Made by a program: the position numbers and the translations under genes
Source: an uncultured delta proteobacterium
Lineage (GTDB): Bacteria; Desulfobacterota; Binatia; UBA9968
DNA: 64,000 bases
NCBI GenBank assembly: GCA_963804165.1
Contig: CAWDPO010000037.1
Span: 1-64,000, forward strand
Direction of reading: 5' to 3'
The notes under the pieces: generated by a model
Seen by the model: the letters and a program-made list of their open reading frames with translations, nothing else
Told to the model about the DNA's origin: nothing
Databases searched by the model: none
Shown here: one piece after another, positions 19,611-29,944 of the stretch
Numbering within the stretch: position 1 is the first letter of the stretch
How the letters are laid out: the number at the start of each line of letters is the position of its first letter

Positions 19611-20984
19611 CTAGAACACCATCTGCATCCGCATGCCCAGGATCGTCGCCGTGCCGATACTTTTACGGCTGGCGATGAACGGAACCCCAAGCAGCCCTTG
19701 GCCAATCGTGAACTTTTCCTTCTGTGCTCCTCGGACGACTTGTATGTCCGGCGTCAGCATGAGCCACGGCGTTATCGCAATATTGTAAAACGCTTCAAAC
19801 CCATACTCGTCGCGCAATAATTTTGTGCCCCGAAATAGACCTTGGAGTTCCGGATTGCTGACATCGATGTAGTAAAAGCCAAAGCCGTAGCGGTCGCGTT
19901 CGCGGTTGGGAATAAACCCTTTGCCGCCGATGCCGAGACTATAGAAAAAGTGCATGAAGTTGGGATTGCCGTCCGAAGCCCCGAAGCGACCGAACACGCC
20001 GATGCCCTCGCCCGAACCTTTCTTGGGCTCGTAGAGATACTGGTCGAAGTTGTAGGAAACATTCCACGAGCCTTTCTTCCCCTCGAGCGCCCCGTTCTCG
20101 AAGATAAATCGAGCGTTCTGGTCGATCGATGAAAACTTTCGGTTGGAATACGACGCGCCCAAGAGTTGGTGCCCGGTGAGGCCGAAGAAATTCGTCGTCA
20201 CCCTGCCCTCGCCGACAAAAGTCAAATTGTCGTCGCTCAAGTCATCGAAGCCGCTGGTGCTGGCTTTGCCGGTCGAGGACATCACAAAAAAGGTTACCAC
20301 CGCCTGCTTGGGATCCTTCGTCGGCAACACAACCAACCCCGTGCCCAGAGTGGAGTACGGCACAGTTAGAGCCACGATCGGATTGAAGTTCAGTGCCATG
20401 TTCATGAATTGGCTGTCGCCTTTGCCGTGGGCAAATTCATTCATGTCGCCGGAAGTCGATGTAATCGTCGCGAACTTGCCGATCGCCAAGCCGAAGTACG
20501 GCGACAGAAATTGCGTAAAATTCAACGCCGGCAGATTGAAGTTATCGCCGGCGGGCGTCGGAACACTTTGGCTGCTATTGACGAACATGAGCGCGCCGCT
20601 CCTGCCGTTTACCGATTTGAAAAGGTTATCTTCGGGAATGAAGTTGCCTTCCGCTTCCACGTTCAAGAACCCGCCGGGCCAAAGGCCGAGTTTCTGGGTG
20701 TCCAAATTGAATATGATGTCGCCGCGTCCACCGCCGTATTGCCAGCCCGTGTCTTTGCCGCCGTGGATGATGCCTTGCGCCGCCTGGGTCAGGCTCATGT
20801 CGATAGTCACGCCCTTTTCGGCAAGCTGATTGCGAAATCCCGACCAGTCGCCGCTCAGGGTCGAACGTGTCCAGAGATCACCTGAGTAGGGAGTTGCAGG
20901 CGGCGCATCCGCCGCCTCAGCCGGCGCGAGGAGAAATATCCCAAGTAAAACTACGATCGTTGCAAAAATCCTCGACGTCTTCAT
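19611..20984 (-). CDS. Carbohydrate-selective porin, OprB family
   Basis: Signal peptide; TLSGDWSGFRNQLAEKG, YNFDQY, EAFYN..TPDIQ; C-terminal Phe. Confidence 0.88.
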   Translation of the reverse strand: MKTSRIFATIVVLLGIFLLAPAEAADAPPATPYSGDLWTRSTLSGDWSGFRNQLAEKGVTIDMSLTQAAQGIIHGGKDTGWQYGGGRGDIIFNLDTQKLGLWPGGFLNVEAEGNFIPEDNLFKSVNGRSGALMFVNSSQSVPTPAGDNFNLPALNFTQFLSPYFGLAIGKFATITSTSGDMNEFAHGKGDSQFMNMALNFNPIVALTVPYSTLGTGLVVLPTKDPKQAVVTFFVMSSTGKASTSGFDDLSDDNLTFVGEGRVTTNFFGLTGHQLLGASYSNRKFSSIDQNARFIFENGALEGKKGSWNVSYNFDQYLYEPKKGSGEGIGVFGRFGASDGNPNFMHFFYSLGIGGKGFIPNRERDRYGFGFYYIDVSNPELQGLFRGTKLLRDEYGFEAFYNIAITPWLMLTPDIQVVRGAQKEKFTIGQGLLGVPFIASRKSIGTATILGMRMQMVF

Positions 20985-21010
20985 TACTGTTACTCCGGTT
21001 TGTCGGCTTT

Positions 21011-21263
21011 CAGGGGTCAGGTTTCGGGTGTCACGCAGTAACAGAGGGACGAGGGTCGGGTGTCGAGGGGAAGACTCGGCAGATCTTCTCCGAAATCTCG
21101 TCTAACTCTCCTGCTGACTCGTCCCTTGACACTCGACACTCGGTCTTCCCTCGCTTCACTTCGGAAAAAGGAATTGTATTTGAAAACGCAACTGCCAATC
21201 CGGGCCGAACTCCGGCTTGGCCACGTTGAACGGAACTTCCCTGACACCTGAACACTGAAACCC
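21011..21263. repeat. Two nested pairs of inverted heptamer arrays
   Basis: Outer pair caggggtcaggtttcgggtgtca / cctgacacctgaacactgaaacc; inner pair gagggacgagggtcgggtgtcgaggg / ctcgtcccttgacactcgacactcg. Confidence 0.75.
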
Positions 21264-21377
21264 TGCTCATCTCTCGCTCTGGGAAATGATTGAGCACTTT
21301 CCGTTCGTGCCGAGCATGCCGGACCACTCCGAACTATTTTCCGCAACCTGCTACGGTGGAGTTTGAAGAACATGGGT

Positions 21378-23113
21378 TCACTGCTTCATCGTGATCTTCA
21401 TGCCCGCGGGGCCGATGCTCAATTGCGTGCCGGACTCTTGGCCTTCGTTTTTCAGAATGACGATGGTCACACCCTTGTCTTGTTCATCGACATGGCGGTG
21501 GCCCCTCCGGCGATAGCGAATGTCGCCTGGCCTGCTCCATAGGTGCCGGCGAGAGCCTGCGGATTCTGCAGATCATAAACTTTTCCCGCGCCGGTAAAAT
21601 TCGATATGCCGACGTCCACTAGACTCAGACCGGAGATCGAGAAGGGATAGCTCTTTCCCTGATGAGTTGAGAATCCCATCGCCCTGAGTCGTTCCCACAC
21701 CTAGGGCGACCGATTTCAATATTCAACGTTACCAGCTCCCGCTGCCACTCTTTCTTCGGGCCTCTTGTAATCCGGAAGGCTCGACCTCAATTCATCAGCT
21801 GCGCCTCGGTGCGATCGTGAATCTGCCAGCCGCGGCTCTCGATTTCCTTTCTTGCCCGCGGGGCTCAGTGAGCCGGTGAGCCAGAGTTGTTTTTCCTTGG
21901 TTCCGGGTATTTCGCTTACCAACTGATTCCCCGCCGTCGATCCCATCTGCGCCATGGGTTCGGTCCAGACCACGTAGTCGCCCGGGAAATTCACGACCAA
22001 CGCGCCATTGACGGTCCGGCTCACGGCAAATTGTCCGAGGGATATAAACCTCTCCAGGGGCGTCACCGACTTGTTGTAGCCGACATACATCTGCGCTTGG
22101 CGCTGGCGGAATCAAGTGCTATCGTCGGGTTCTTACGCTCGACAAAGACTAATCGGACCAAGGCGCCGTCGATCGGCCACGCCGTTCATCTCACCCATTG
22201 CATGGACGAAAAGGGTCTGCTCGCGGGGAGAAAAAATCGAGTTGTTGATAAATGCGTCGGTGATCTCCGGATGGACTGCCATGGCGTTGAGCTTCTCGGT
22301 ATTCATTTTTCGCAGCTCCACCGGTGGAGTGTTTTGGAAGACCTGATTTAATAGTTTGTTGGTGCCAACGACGGTCATGGCGACACCCGCCCCTCCCGGC
22401 ACCGCCGCCATGGCTTGGCGGACCAGGTCAAGAACCCGCGTAGCCGGCCCATGAAATCTTATTCAGCATGTCCTGAAGTTTTTGGTTTTCCGAGTAAACA
22501 TCGACGTCGAACTGGAAAGGCATACTGTCGTTTCGCCGTCGAGAAGCCGATTACGTCTTTGACCTTGCGGGAATCCTCGGACTGGCTGCGCTTGGCGCCA
22601 GTAATGCTTTCGCCACTCTTGAAAAGGCCGCGCCCAAACCCTGCAGGGCGCTCCGGTCAATGTCTTCACTGGGCTGGTCATCAGACTCAGAGCGCTGGTC
22701 ATCGCGTCGAGTCCGCCCTCTTTTATGGAATCGATGTATTCCTTGCTGCCCTGGACCTTCTCCATCACGACCATCGCGTTAATCTCGCCGATCCGTTTTC
22801 TCAACACCGCGGTGGAGACCGCTGTGAAGGTGCCGAACTTGGAGTCGACCTGGTAGGTGTTTAAGTAGCCATCGTTAGTCACTCTCTCCTGGACCCGATG
22901 ATTCGGTCCCGATAAGAGTTCCGGCGGCAATATCTTCGACGCGCTGAGCACCGGGGCCGTCTCGTATCCCTGCTGAGCAAAGGCGGGGAGGACAACTCCC
23001 AGAAGCGCTACCATCAGTAGGGCGCTGACAAATCTCCCCAGCGGTTCACGCAGCGAAGCCTCGATTCCGTTTTCTTGATTTTCATATGTTTTCTTCTTTT
23101 TTCCTCTCTTCAA
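21378..23113 (-). CDS. Secreted hypothetical protein with probable C-terminal DUF1134-like domain (heavily frameshifted)
   Basis: Signal peptide then QQGYETAPVLSASKILPPELLSGPN. Continues via ORFs 22133..22411 and 21716..22090, then GKSYPFSISGLSLVDVG..GKVYDL..GTY..TQLSIGPAGMKITMKQ*. Could be two genes. Confidence 0.6.
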
Positions 23114-23291
23114 TTCTTTACTTTCGTTCGGGACCTTTAGCGGAAATCGTCACATGTCGAGCATCCACCAGTTTGCCCAGCACCTTGACAGGCCGATCAC
23201 CGCTAATTTGCGCGAGAGTCAGATGCATCCGTAGACGCAGGTCTGACGATTAAATACTCAAATGGTTCTAGCGAACAGTTGATGGGCTGTA

Positions 23292-23311
23292 TATTGGACC
23301 TTGGTCCAATA
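23292..23311 (-). promoter_or_regulatory. Palindromic operator copy 3
   Basis: TATTGGACCTTGGTCCAATA; TAGAAC at 23265-23270, 21 bp away. Confidence 0.85.
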
Positions 23312-23341
23312 AGGGGAGTCAGAGTCTCAAAAGGAATTTCG

Positions 23342-23502
23342 AAATCCGAAGCAAGCGCAAAGCGTTAAATCCAAAGTTCGAATGGCGAAATTCAAAACAA
23401 AGACTTGGGTCTGGAATACGACATGAGAGATGTCGGACGGTGGATTTGAGGTGTCAGGTTTTAGGGTTCGGACTTCAAACCTTGCATACGACGTTGCGAA
23501 AT
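23342..23502 (+). repeat. ~160-bp direct repeat, copy 1 (copy 2 at 24318..24477)
   Basis: Shared core gttcgaatggcgaaattcaaaacaaagact..ggtctggaatacg..ggtggatttgaggtgtcag..gcatacg.cgttgcgaaat. Confidence 0.88.
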
Positions 23503-23873
23503 AAAGAATCTTACGCGAATACGGCTATCCGCCGGACAAGCAAGAAAAGGCGACACAAACGCTGTCGGAGCAAGTGGAATTGCTTGGGGGGGGGGAATTG
23601 GCGGCGTAGTGAGAAAGTTGCGTAGAGAGATATGGAGACAGCGAAAACGGAGTCACTTTTGAAATTCATCTCTGTTCTCTCAGTTGTCTCCTGTAAGTTT
23701 TATAGTGCCTTGCTCGTCGCTTATCCCCCCGGCACCCCAGAGCGAAGGCTCCGGCGCTTGCCGTGCCAATGGCCACGACCACCAGGAAAAAGGGCAGGAC
23801 AACGCATAAGGTAACTGCGAGCAAAACAATTCCGCTCAAATGAAGCACCGCAAGACGAAAAAAAGAATATCTC

Positions 23874-24006
23874 GCAGGTTGCTGAAATACCCACCGTTCA
23901 CCCTTCGAGAGCCTCAAGGCGAACGGTGCAGAGTTTGAAATGATTGAGCATTTTCCGTTCGTGCCGAGCTTGTCGAACCACGCCGAACCATTTTTCCGCA
24001 AGCTGC
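23874..24006. mobile_element. MITE-like element with IS-type ends enclosing REP-like palindromes (partial copy at 21283..21352)
   Basis: Ends GCAGGTTGCTGAAA / TTTCCGCAAGCTGC; inside, ccgttcacccttcgagagcctcaaggcgaacgg and ccgttcgtgccgagcttgtcgaaccac. Confidence 0.6.
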
Positions 24007-24317
24007 TACGGTGGAGTTGGAAAAACATGGCCTCACTATTTCATCGCGATCTTCATGCCCGCAGATTCCATGCTCAATTGCGTCCTTGGTCACTTACAGT
24101 GGCTGTCAAATGCCGCCATCAATTTTCCGGCAGTATCGCCAAACTCCGGCTTCGGTTTCTGTTCAATATTAGACATGATTCGGAAAACAATTGAGGACTC
24201 TAAGGGGCCAAGGGCTTAAAATGAATCAAGCCCATTTGTGCGCACTCCTCGCACTTGGGGGGCTCAATCATCATCTCTGCCTCATCCGTCCTCAATAACC
24301 GTCGCTTCGGAAGGTCC

Positions 24318-24477
24318 AAATCCGAAACAAACACGAGCGTCTAAATCCGCAGTTCGAATGGCGAAATTCAAAACAAAGACTGGGTCTGGAATACGGTATG
24401 AGAGATGTGGGATGGTGGATTTGAGGTGTCAGTTTTTAGGGTCCGGACTTCAAGCCGTGCATACGGCGTTGCGAAAT
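24318..24477 (+). repeat. ~160-bp direct repeat, copy 2
   Basis: Aligns by eye with 23342..23502. Confidence 0.88.
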
Positions 24478-24540
24478 TCGGAGTTCGAGTTTTTTCAGTG
24501 CTTGCTATTCTTTCGGGCACTTTGCGCTTGTCACTCCACT

Positions 24541-24715
24541 CTAGCGTGGCGGCTCTGAAGTTCGCAACATAATTCAATCGTCATTCCGGGCAGGTTGGCA
24601 ATAGCTAGCGCGACCCGGAATCCAGGATTCTCAAAGAGCTCTGGATAACGGTCTTCACCGGCATGACGGTCAAAGCCAAATGATTATTCAATGACCTTCT
24701 GGCCCAGGACATTAG
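24541..24715. mobile_element. MITE-like element with CTAG/CTAA-type ends and an internal CGTCATTCCGG...GCATGACG palindrome
   Basis: Ends ctagcgtggcggctctgaagttcg / reverse complement ctaatgtcctgggccagaaggtc; related to 39270..39464. Confidence 0.55.
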
Positions 24716-24720
24716 CGCGC

Positions 24721-24918
24721 TTACTGCGCCTTGAGTTGCTGGATCTCTCTATTTGCCCGTTCGATTTCAGCTTGCTGTGCCTGCATCTGCCGTTGCACGT
24801 CTTGTTCCTGCTTTTCCCGTGCCTGCATTTGATCACCGATCACGGCGGAGACCGCCGCGGCCATGAACAACACAATCGTCAACATGCCGCTTGCCGATCT
24901 AAAAAATTTGCAGTTCAC
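24721..24918 (-). CDS. Small secreted coiled-coil protein (possibly an internally deleted remnant)
   Basis: AGGAGGT RBS; hydrophobic N-terminus followed by a Gln/Glu-rich helix. Confidence 0.55.
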   Translation of the reverse strand: MNCKFFRSASGMLTIVLFMAAAVSAVIGDQMQAREKQEQDVQRQMQAQQAEIERANREIQQLKAQ

Positions 24919-24983
24919 GCGATCTACCTCCTTTGAAACGAAATATGTCCGGCAATTGGACGGTGGTGGATCAGCACTCTATT

Positions 24984-25667
24984 TTAACGTTGAGGAGCCG
25001 CCGGTGCGGCGGCGCCAACGCTAATGGTGTCCCGGTAAACAAGGATCTCGACCCGGCGATTTTTCGCACGCCCCGCTTCCGTGGCATTGTCCGCCACTGG
25101 CGAGTTCTCCCCGTAGGACATTACCAGCGTGCGCCCGGGCTCGATCTTCTTGTCGGTCGTAAGATAACTGGCCGCATTTACTGCCCTGAGCAATGCCAAT
25201 TCGTAGTTGTATTTCGCACCGCCTGTGTTGTCGGTATAGCCGGCCACAACAAACATAAGGCCACTCATACCACCGGCATCTCCGCTCAGGTCACTCAAAA
25301 AACTGTCTATCTCTTTTTTGGACTGGTCCGTAAGCACGGTTGAATTGGAGGAAAACGATGCGCCTTGCCTTAAGTCGAGTACCAGCTTTCTATCGAGCTT
25401 GAGCCGTTGGAGATGATCCAAGGCTTGATCTGCCTTGGCCGTGGTCTGGTTGAGTCGGCTGTCAAGATCCGCGATCTGCTTGGACATCGTTTGGACTTGG
25501 CCCCCCAACTGGGTCACATTAGCCTCGGTGTCAGAGACTCTCTTGTTCACCGGGAACAGTTGCTCCGGGACATAGGTTTTGACCCAATCCTGAGTCGCCA
25601 CACAGCCGGAGCTCAGCGACATAGAAAGAAATACCAAAGCGAGCTTTTTTTGCACTGAATGTTTCAT
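24984..25667 (-). CDS. OmpA-family lipoprotein
   Basis: Lipobox LSSGC; coiled coil; AGYTDNTG..YNYELALLRA, SYGE..P..DN.T..GRAKNRRVEI. Confidence 0.9.
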   Translation of the reverse strand: MKHSVQKKLALVFLSMSLSSGCVATQDWVKTYVPEQLFPVNKRVSDTEANVTQLGGQVQTMSKQIADLDSRLNQTTAKADQALDHLQRLKLDRKLVLDLRQGASFSSNSTVLTDQSKKEIDSFLSDLSGDAGGMSGLMFVVAGYTDNTGGAKYNYELALLRAVNAASYLTTDKKIEPGRTLVMSYGENSPVADNATEAGRAKNRRVEILVYRDTISVGAAAPAAPQR

Positions 25668-25752
25668 GCTTATCTCCTTATCGAAATGACTATTTTGAAT
25701 GCGCCGACTTTCGCTAACGGAACGAAGCTATCAAACCGACGGTATGCGCGAC

Positions 25753-25772
25753 TATTGGACCTTGGTCCAATA
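25753..25772 (-). promoter_or_regulatory. Palindromic operator copy 4, upstream of the OmpA gene
   Basis: TATTGGACCTTGGTCCAATA; TAGCTT at 25725-25730, 22 bp away. Confidence 0.85.
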
Positions 25773-26005
25773 GAGCGAAAATCAGAAGCAGGTATAAAAT
25801 TTCGAAATCCGCAACGAACGCGTAACTCAGGTTTCAGGTGTCGGGTGTCAGGGCTGAAATCTGAGCACTGACAAACTTTCTCCTGACTCATTTCACCTCG
25901 TCCCTCGCACACTGATCACCTATTCGTCCGTCTTTTCGGATTGCGGGTAGATCGTGTTGTAGATAACTGTACGCGCCGCCATGCTGCAGCGCGGAAAGAT
26001 CTACG

Positions 26006-26635
26006 CTACTTTCCCCTGCCGTCCATAGCTTCAATCGCCTCCGCGATCTCCCGGCTAAAATCGCCCAAGGCTTCGCTGAGCGCCGCCACGGAAGCGTCCG
26101 TAGAGCGAGCCTTGGCCGGCCGTGACAGACGCGTTTCGCGGTACCGGATTACGTCTTTTTTGCCGGAATTTCGCACCGCCCAACGCGCTGACAACTGGAC
26201 CTCTTGGGTAGCGTCGGCCTCGAATCGAAGCACTTCGACTTCCACTTGATAGACTGGCTTCTTGTCGATGGGCCAGGGATAGGCATTGATTCGTTCGGCA
26301 CGGAGAATCGCTGCAACGTTTTGTGACAGCACCCGGGAAAAATTTTCTTCCAGCGGCTCAGCCCAACGGTCGTTCTCAGAAAGATTGATTTGGTTCTGCG
26401 CAACGCGGATGACGATCTCTTGTCGGTCGAGATATCCGGGCAAAGTGATTGGGCCGATGCCCAGAGAAATTCCCGGCGAGTCATTTGCCGGTTTTGGCGA
26501 AATATTCTCCGCCTGCGAGAGCGCCGACAAGGTAAAGAACCTCGAAGAATCTGGCTTGGCGGAAAAGCTGCCACACCCTGCAAGCAACAACGCCCAAACT
26601 GCCAAAGCTGCGGCGATGTTGATTGAGTTTTTCAT
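26006..26635 (-). CDS. PqiC-like ABC-transport auxiliary lipoprotein
   Basis: Lipobox LAGC; GIGPITLPGYLDRQEIV, RWAEPLE. Confidence 0.88.
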   Translation of the reverse strand: MKNSINIAAALAVWALLLAGCGSFSAKPDSSRFFTLSALSQAENISPKPANDSPGISLGIGPITLPGYLDRQEIVIRVAQNQINLSENDRWAEPLEENFSRVLSQNVAAILRAERINAYPWPIDKKPVYQVEVEVLRFEADATQEVQLSARWAVRNSGKKDVIRYRETRLSRPAKARSTDASVAALSEALGDFSREIAEAIEAMDGRGK

Positions 26636-27642
26636 CGCGCCTCCGTATTTTCTGGCTTGCCGAAAATGAGCGCTCTCGGGTTTCTTTCGATGTAGCCGCT
26701 GAGCAGCCGGAGCGTGCGCGCCGCGGCCGATACCTCGCGCAGACTTTTCCTGAATTCGTAGATTGTCGGGGAATCCTGATCCATGACGCCGTTGATATTC
26801 GTCATCACCCCCTCCGCGGCCTGGAGCGTCGCATCGGTTTGCTTCATCGCGACCGTAGCCTGCTCCATCGCCTTCCGCGCGGCTTCGGAGGTCTTCGCCA
26901 AGTCCGTTGAAAGGCGATCGATACTGCCATCGAGGTTCGTCGTCAGTTTGCTGATATCGCTGATCGCTCGATCGGCCTTGGGCATGGTTTGATCGAGTCC
27001 GCGAAGCGCCGACCGCAAATCCGGTGAGTTGACCAGGTGGTCGACCCCTTCGATGGTCTTGATGACCGAGTTCATGAGTCCTTTGAAGTCGACCTCTTCG
27101 AATTTGGCAACGATGCGTGTCGCTGCGTCCTCGATCTGCTGTAGGTCCGTAGGTGTCGTTGGAATCTCCTGATATTTGTGTTCGGTATTTGCTTTCTGCA
27201 CTAGAGTGAGTGGAGCGCCTGGAAAGAAATCGAAGCCCACGTAAAGCACGCCGGTAACCATACTTTCGGTTCGGAGCTGGGCTCGGAGGGACTGTTCGAC
27301 AACTGCCTTTTGAAAGGCCTCATGTTTTTCCACGATGACCCCCGTCGCTCCTCTAGCGGTCAGTTTTTTAAGATCGATCTCGATGATGACAGGGATCTTG
27401 TTGACTCCCGAATCGCCATCCAATTGCAACAAGATATCTTTGACCGAGCCGATTTCGACACCTTTAAACTTGACCGGCGCGCCGATGTGAAGCCCATTCA
27501 CCGTGCCATCGAAGTAGAGAACGAATTCCTTGGTTTGCCGAAATAGCCGACCCGAACCGAAAGCGATTACGGCGATCACCAACAGCGCCATGGCGCCGAC
27601 GACAAAGGCGCCGATAAGTGTGGGGCTGATCTTTTTGTTCAT
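26632..27642 (-). CDS. MCE/MlaD-family protein (PqiB C-terminal-like)
   Basis: IGAFVVGA, FDGTVNGLHIGAPVKFKGVEIGSV; helical tail ending IERNPRALIFGK. Confidence 0.9.
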   Translation of the reverse strand: MNKKISPTLIGAFVVGAMALLVIAVIAFGSGRLFRQTKEFVLYFDGTVNGLHIGAPVKFKGVEIGSVKDILLQLDGDSGVNKIPVIIEIDLKKLTARGATGVIVEKHEAFQKAVVEQSLRAQLRTESMVTGVLYVGFDFFPGAPLTLVQKANTEHKYQEIPTTPTDLQQIEDAATRIVAKFEEVDFKGLMNSVIKTIEGVDHLVNSPDLRSALRGLDQTMPKADRAISDISKLTTNLDGSIDRLSTDLAKTSEAARKAMEQATVAMKQTDATLQAAEGVMTNINGVMDQDSPTIYEFRKSLREVSAAARTLRLLSGYIERNPRALIFGKPENTEAR

Positions 27643-28397
27643 ACTCTTTCCTCTTCTCCCCGGGTCAGGAAACGACGCACCGTGGCATGCTGGGAATGCG
27701 CTAGAAGTTCCTTGGGATCGCCGCCGGCGATCATCGTCCTGCTTTCCGTATCCAGGAACACGCTGTTGTTGCCGATGGTAAAAATGCTCGCCAGCTCGTG
27801 CGTGACCACGACGACGGTGGCGCCCAGACTGTCGCGCAATTCGAGAATCAGATCATCGAGCAAGCGGGAGCTGATCGGATCGAGGCCCGCCGACGGTTCA
27901 TCGAAAAATAGGATCTCCGGATCCAGCGCCATGGCGCGCGCCAGGCCGGCGCGTTTCTGCATGCCGCCGCTGATCTGGGACGGATAGTAATCTTCGAAAC
28001 CTTTCAAACCGACCAGAGCGAGCTTCAGCGATGCCACGTCGCGAATTTCCGCGGGAGTCAAATCCGTATATTCTCCGAGCGATAAACCGACATTTTCGGC
28101 AAGCGTCATCGAGCTCCACAGCGCGCCGCTCTGAAACAGCACGCCCATACGTCGGACCATCTCCTGTCTTTTGGCCGGATCGGCGTGGGTGAAGTTTTCC
28201 TCGCCATAGAAGATGTTTCCCTTGGCCGGTTCGTTAAGACCGATCAGGTGCCGGAGAAGCGTGCTCTTGCCGCAGCCGCTGCCGCCCATGATGATAAAGA
28301 CGTCGCCGTGGTTGATGGTAAAATTAAGGTCCCGCATCAAAACAAAACTGCCGTAGGCCATCGTCAGGTGACTCACGGTGATATGCGCTGTCACCAT
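27639..28397 (-). CDS. MlaF-like ABC ATPase
   Basis: GGSGCGKST, ISGGMQKRAGLARA, FFDEPSAGLDP, VVTHEL. Start re-assigned to MVTAH at 28397. Confidence 0.9.
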   Translation of the reverse strand: MVTAHITVSHLTMAYGSFVLMRDLNFTINHGDVFIIMGGSGCGKSTLLRHLIGLNEPAKGNIFYGEENFTHADPAKRQEMVRRMGVLFQSGALWSSMTLAENVGLSLGEYTDLTPAEIRDVASLKLALVGLKGFEDYYPSQISGGMQKRAGLARAMALDPEILFFDEPSAGLDPISSRLLDDLILELRDSLGATVVVVTHELASIFTIGNNSVFLDTESRTMIAGGDPKELLAHSQHATVRRFLTRGEEERV

Positions 28398-28452
28398 GGT
28401 TGGCAATTGCGTTACTGTGGCTTCGCAACTTACTCCCAAATGAACCTTGAAG

Positions 28453-28521
28453 TTGGAGTATTTGAGTAATCCGCATGGAGCTTTCAGCAGCATTCCATCA
28501 CTCCAGTACTCCAACACTCCA
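28453..28521. repeat. Inverted octamer arrays (TGGAGTA. / .ACTCCA)
   Basis: ttggagtatttgagtaat ... ttccatcactccagtactccaacactcca; same family as 54912..54954. Confidence 0.7.
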
Positions 28522-28534
28522 TTTGCCCAATCCG

Positions 28535-29674
28535 TCAGATCCCCAGGACGTAGAAAACGACGGCGAACACGCCGCAGGCCAAAACGATGGCAACGATACC
28601 GGTGACTACCGCCGAGGTGGCCGCATCGCCGACTGCCGACGAGCTGTTGCCGCACTGAATACCCCGCAAACAACCCGCAAGAGCGATTAGCACGCCGTAG
28701 ACGGAACTTTTGAACACCCCGCCAAAAACGTCGGTCAGGTTGATCGCGTTCGAGGTTTCCCGAAAATAGGTCGTCCAGGAGAGATCGAGCATCCCCACGC
28801 CGATCGCGGCCCCACCCATGACGCCGACGAAGTCGGAATAGAGGCACAGCAAAGGCATCATCAAAATCAATGCGATCACGCGCGGCAAGACCAAAAATTC
28901 CAAAGGAGAAAAGCCCATGGTCGTGAAAGCGTCGATTTCTTGAGTCACCTTCATCGTACCTAGCTGAGCGGCGAAAGCCGCACCGGTGCGCCCGGCCATG
29001 ATAATTCCGGTCATCATGGCTCCCATCTCGCGAATCATCGCGATGCCGACCAGATCGGCGACGTAGATTTGCGCGCCGAACTGTTTTAACTGCACGGCGC
29101 CGACGAAGGCGAGAATCACGCCCACCAAAAAACTGATCAATGTAACGATCGGCAGCGCTTGGGCGCCGCATTGCTGAATTAGAAGAAAAAGGTCCACGGC
29201 CCGAAAGCGCACCTTCATGCGGAAGAGTTTCGCAAAGGTCAGGGTCATGTCGCCGAGAAAAGCGAGCATCTCGGTAAGAGACGAGCCGGCGCCAACAGCG
29301 CTATTGCCCAGCCGTTCGAGGAACGATATTTCGACTTCTTCTTTGCGCGCGCCTTTTTTTTCAGGCACCGCTTCGGCCAACTCTAGCAGCCGTCGCACTC
29401 CGGCGGGCAGGCCGGCGCGATCCATGTTGATGCCACGGCGGCGGCAGAGCTCTGAGACTTCCACGAGAAAAGTTAGAACGCTGCTGTCCCAGGAGCTCAG
29501 CTCGCCGGATTCGAATGCGACGTTTTTGACTTTCGGTGCCGATTCCAGCTCGCGCTGGAGCAAGGACGCGGAAGGAAGGCCTCCGCGCAAACGCCACGCG
29601 CCGGCGAGCCGAACTTCAAGTGCGGCATCGCCCGTAAGCGTGAATGAAAGAACGCTTTCGACCGCCGAGCTCAT
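28535..29674 (-). CDS. MlaE-family permease with N-terminal STAS-like domain
   Basis: WDSS, REMGAMMTGIIMAGRTGAAFAAQLGTMKVTQEIDA, VGDAATSAVV. Confidence 0.9.
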   Translation of the reverse strand: MSSAVESVLSFTLTGDAALEVRLAGAWRLRGGLPSASLLQRELESAPKVKNVAFESGELSSWDSSVLTFLVEVSELCRRRGINMDRAGLPAGVRRLLELAEAVPEKKGARKEEVEISFLERLGNSAVGAGSSLTEMLAFLGDMTLTFAKLFRMKVRFRAVDLFLLIQQCGAQALPIVTLISFLVGVILAFVGAVQLKQFGAQIYVADLVGIAMIREMGAMMTGIIMAGRTGAAFAAQLGTMKVTQEIDAFTTMGFSPLEFLVLPRVIALILMMPLLCLYSDFVGVMGGAAIGVGMLDLSWTTYFRETSNAINLTDVFGGVFKSSVYGVLIALAGCLRGIQCGNSSSAVGDAATSAVVTGIVAIVLACGVFAVVFYVLGI

Positions 29675-29738
29675 CTGCAATCTCTGCGGGTCTGATTCCC
29701 CACAGCTTGCTGTGCAGAACGAATCCTGTCCCAAAGCA

Positions 29739-29831
29739 TGTCATTCCCGCGTGTTTTTAGCGGTGACTCGACTGGGCTCGCCACAGGGGAAATTCTGACC
29801 GGATCTCCGATTAAAAAATTTGGGGGTGACA
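29739..29831. repeat. REP-like palindrome TGTCATTCCCGCG...GGGGTGACA
   Basis: Complementary ends, with internal ttttagcgg/ccgattaaaaa pairing. Confidence 0.6.
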
Positions 29832-29944
29832 ACTTTCGAAAAATTCTCATGAGGTCTCTTGATACGAGCCTGCTGCGTGTAGTTCATTCGTTAAACAGCC
29901 TTCATTCCACTATTCCAGAATTCAAAGGTTAGAGTTCCGCGCTA

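Noticed and set aside
28398-29171. Long N-terminal extension of the 510-aa ABC ATPase ORF
   Set aside because: Off-frame overlap with the MlaE gene and a repeat; the ATPase domain begins at 28397.
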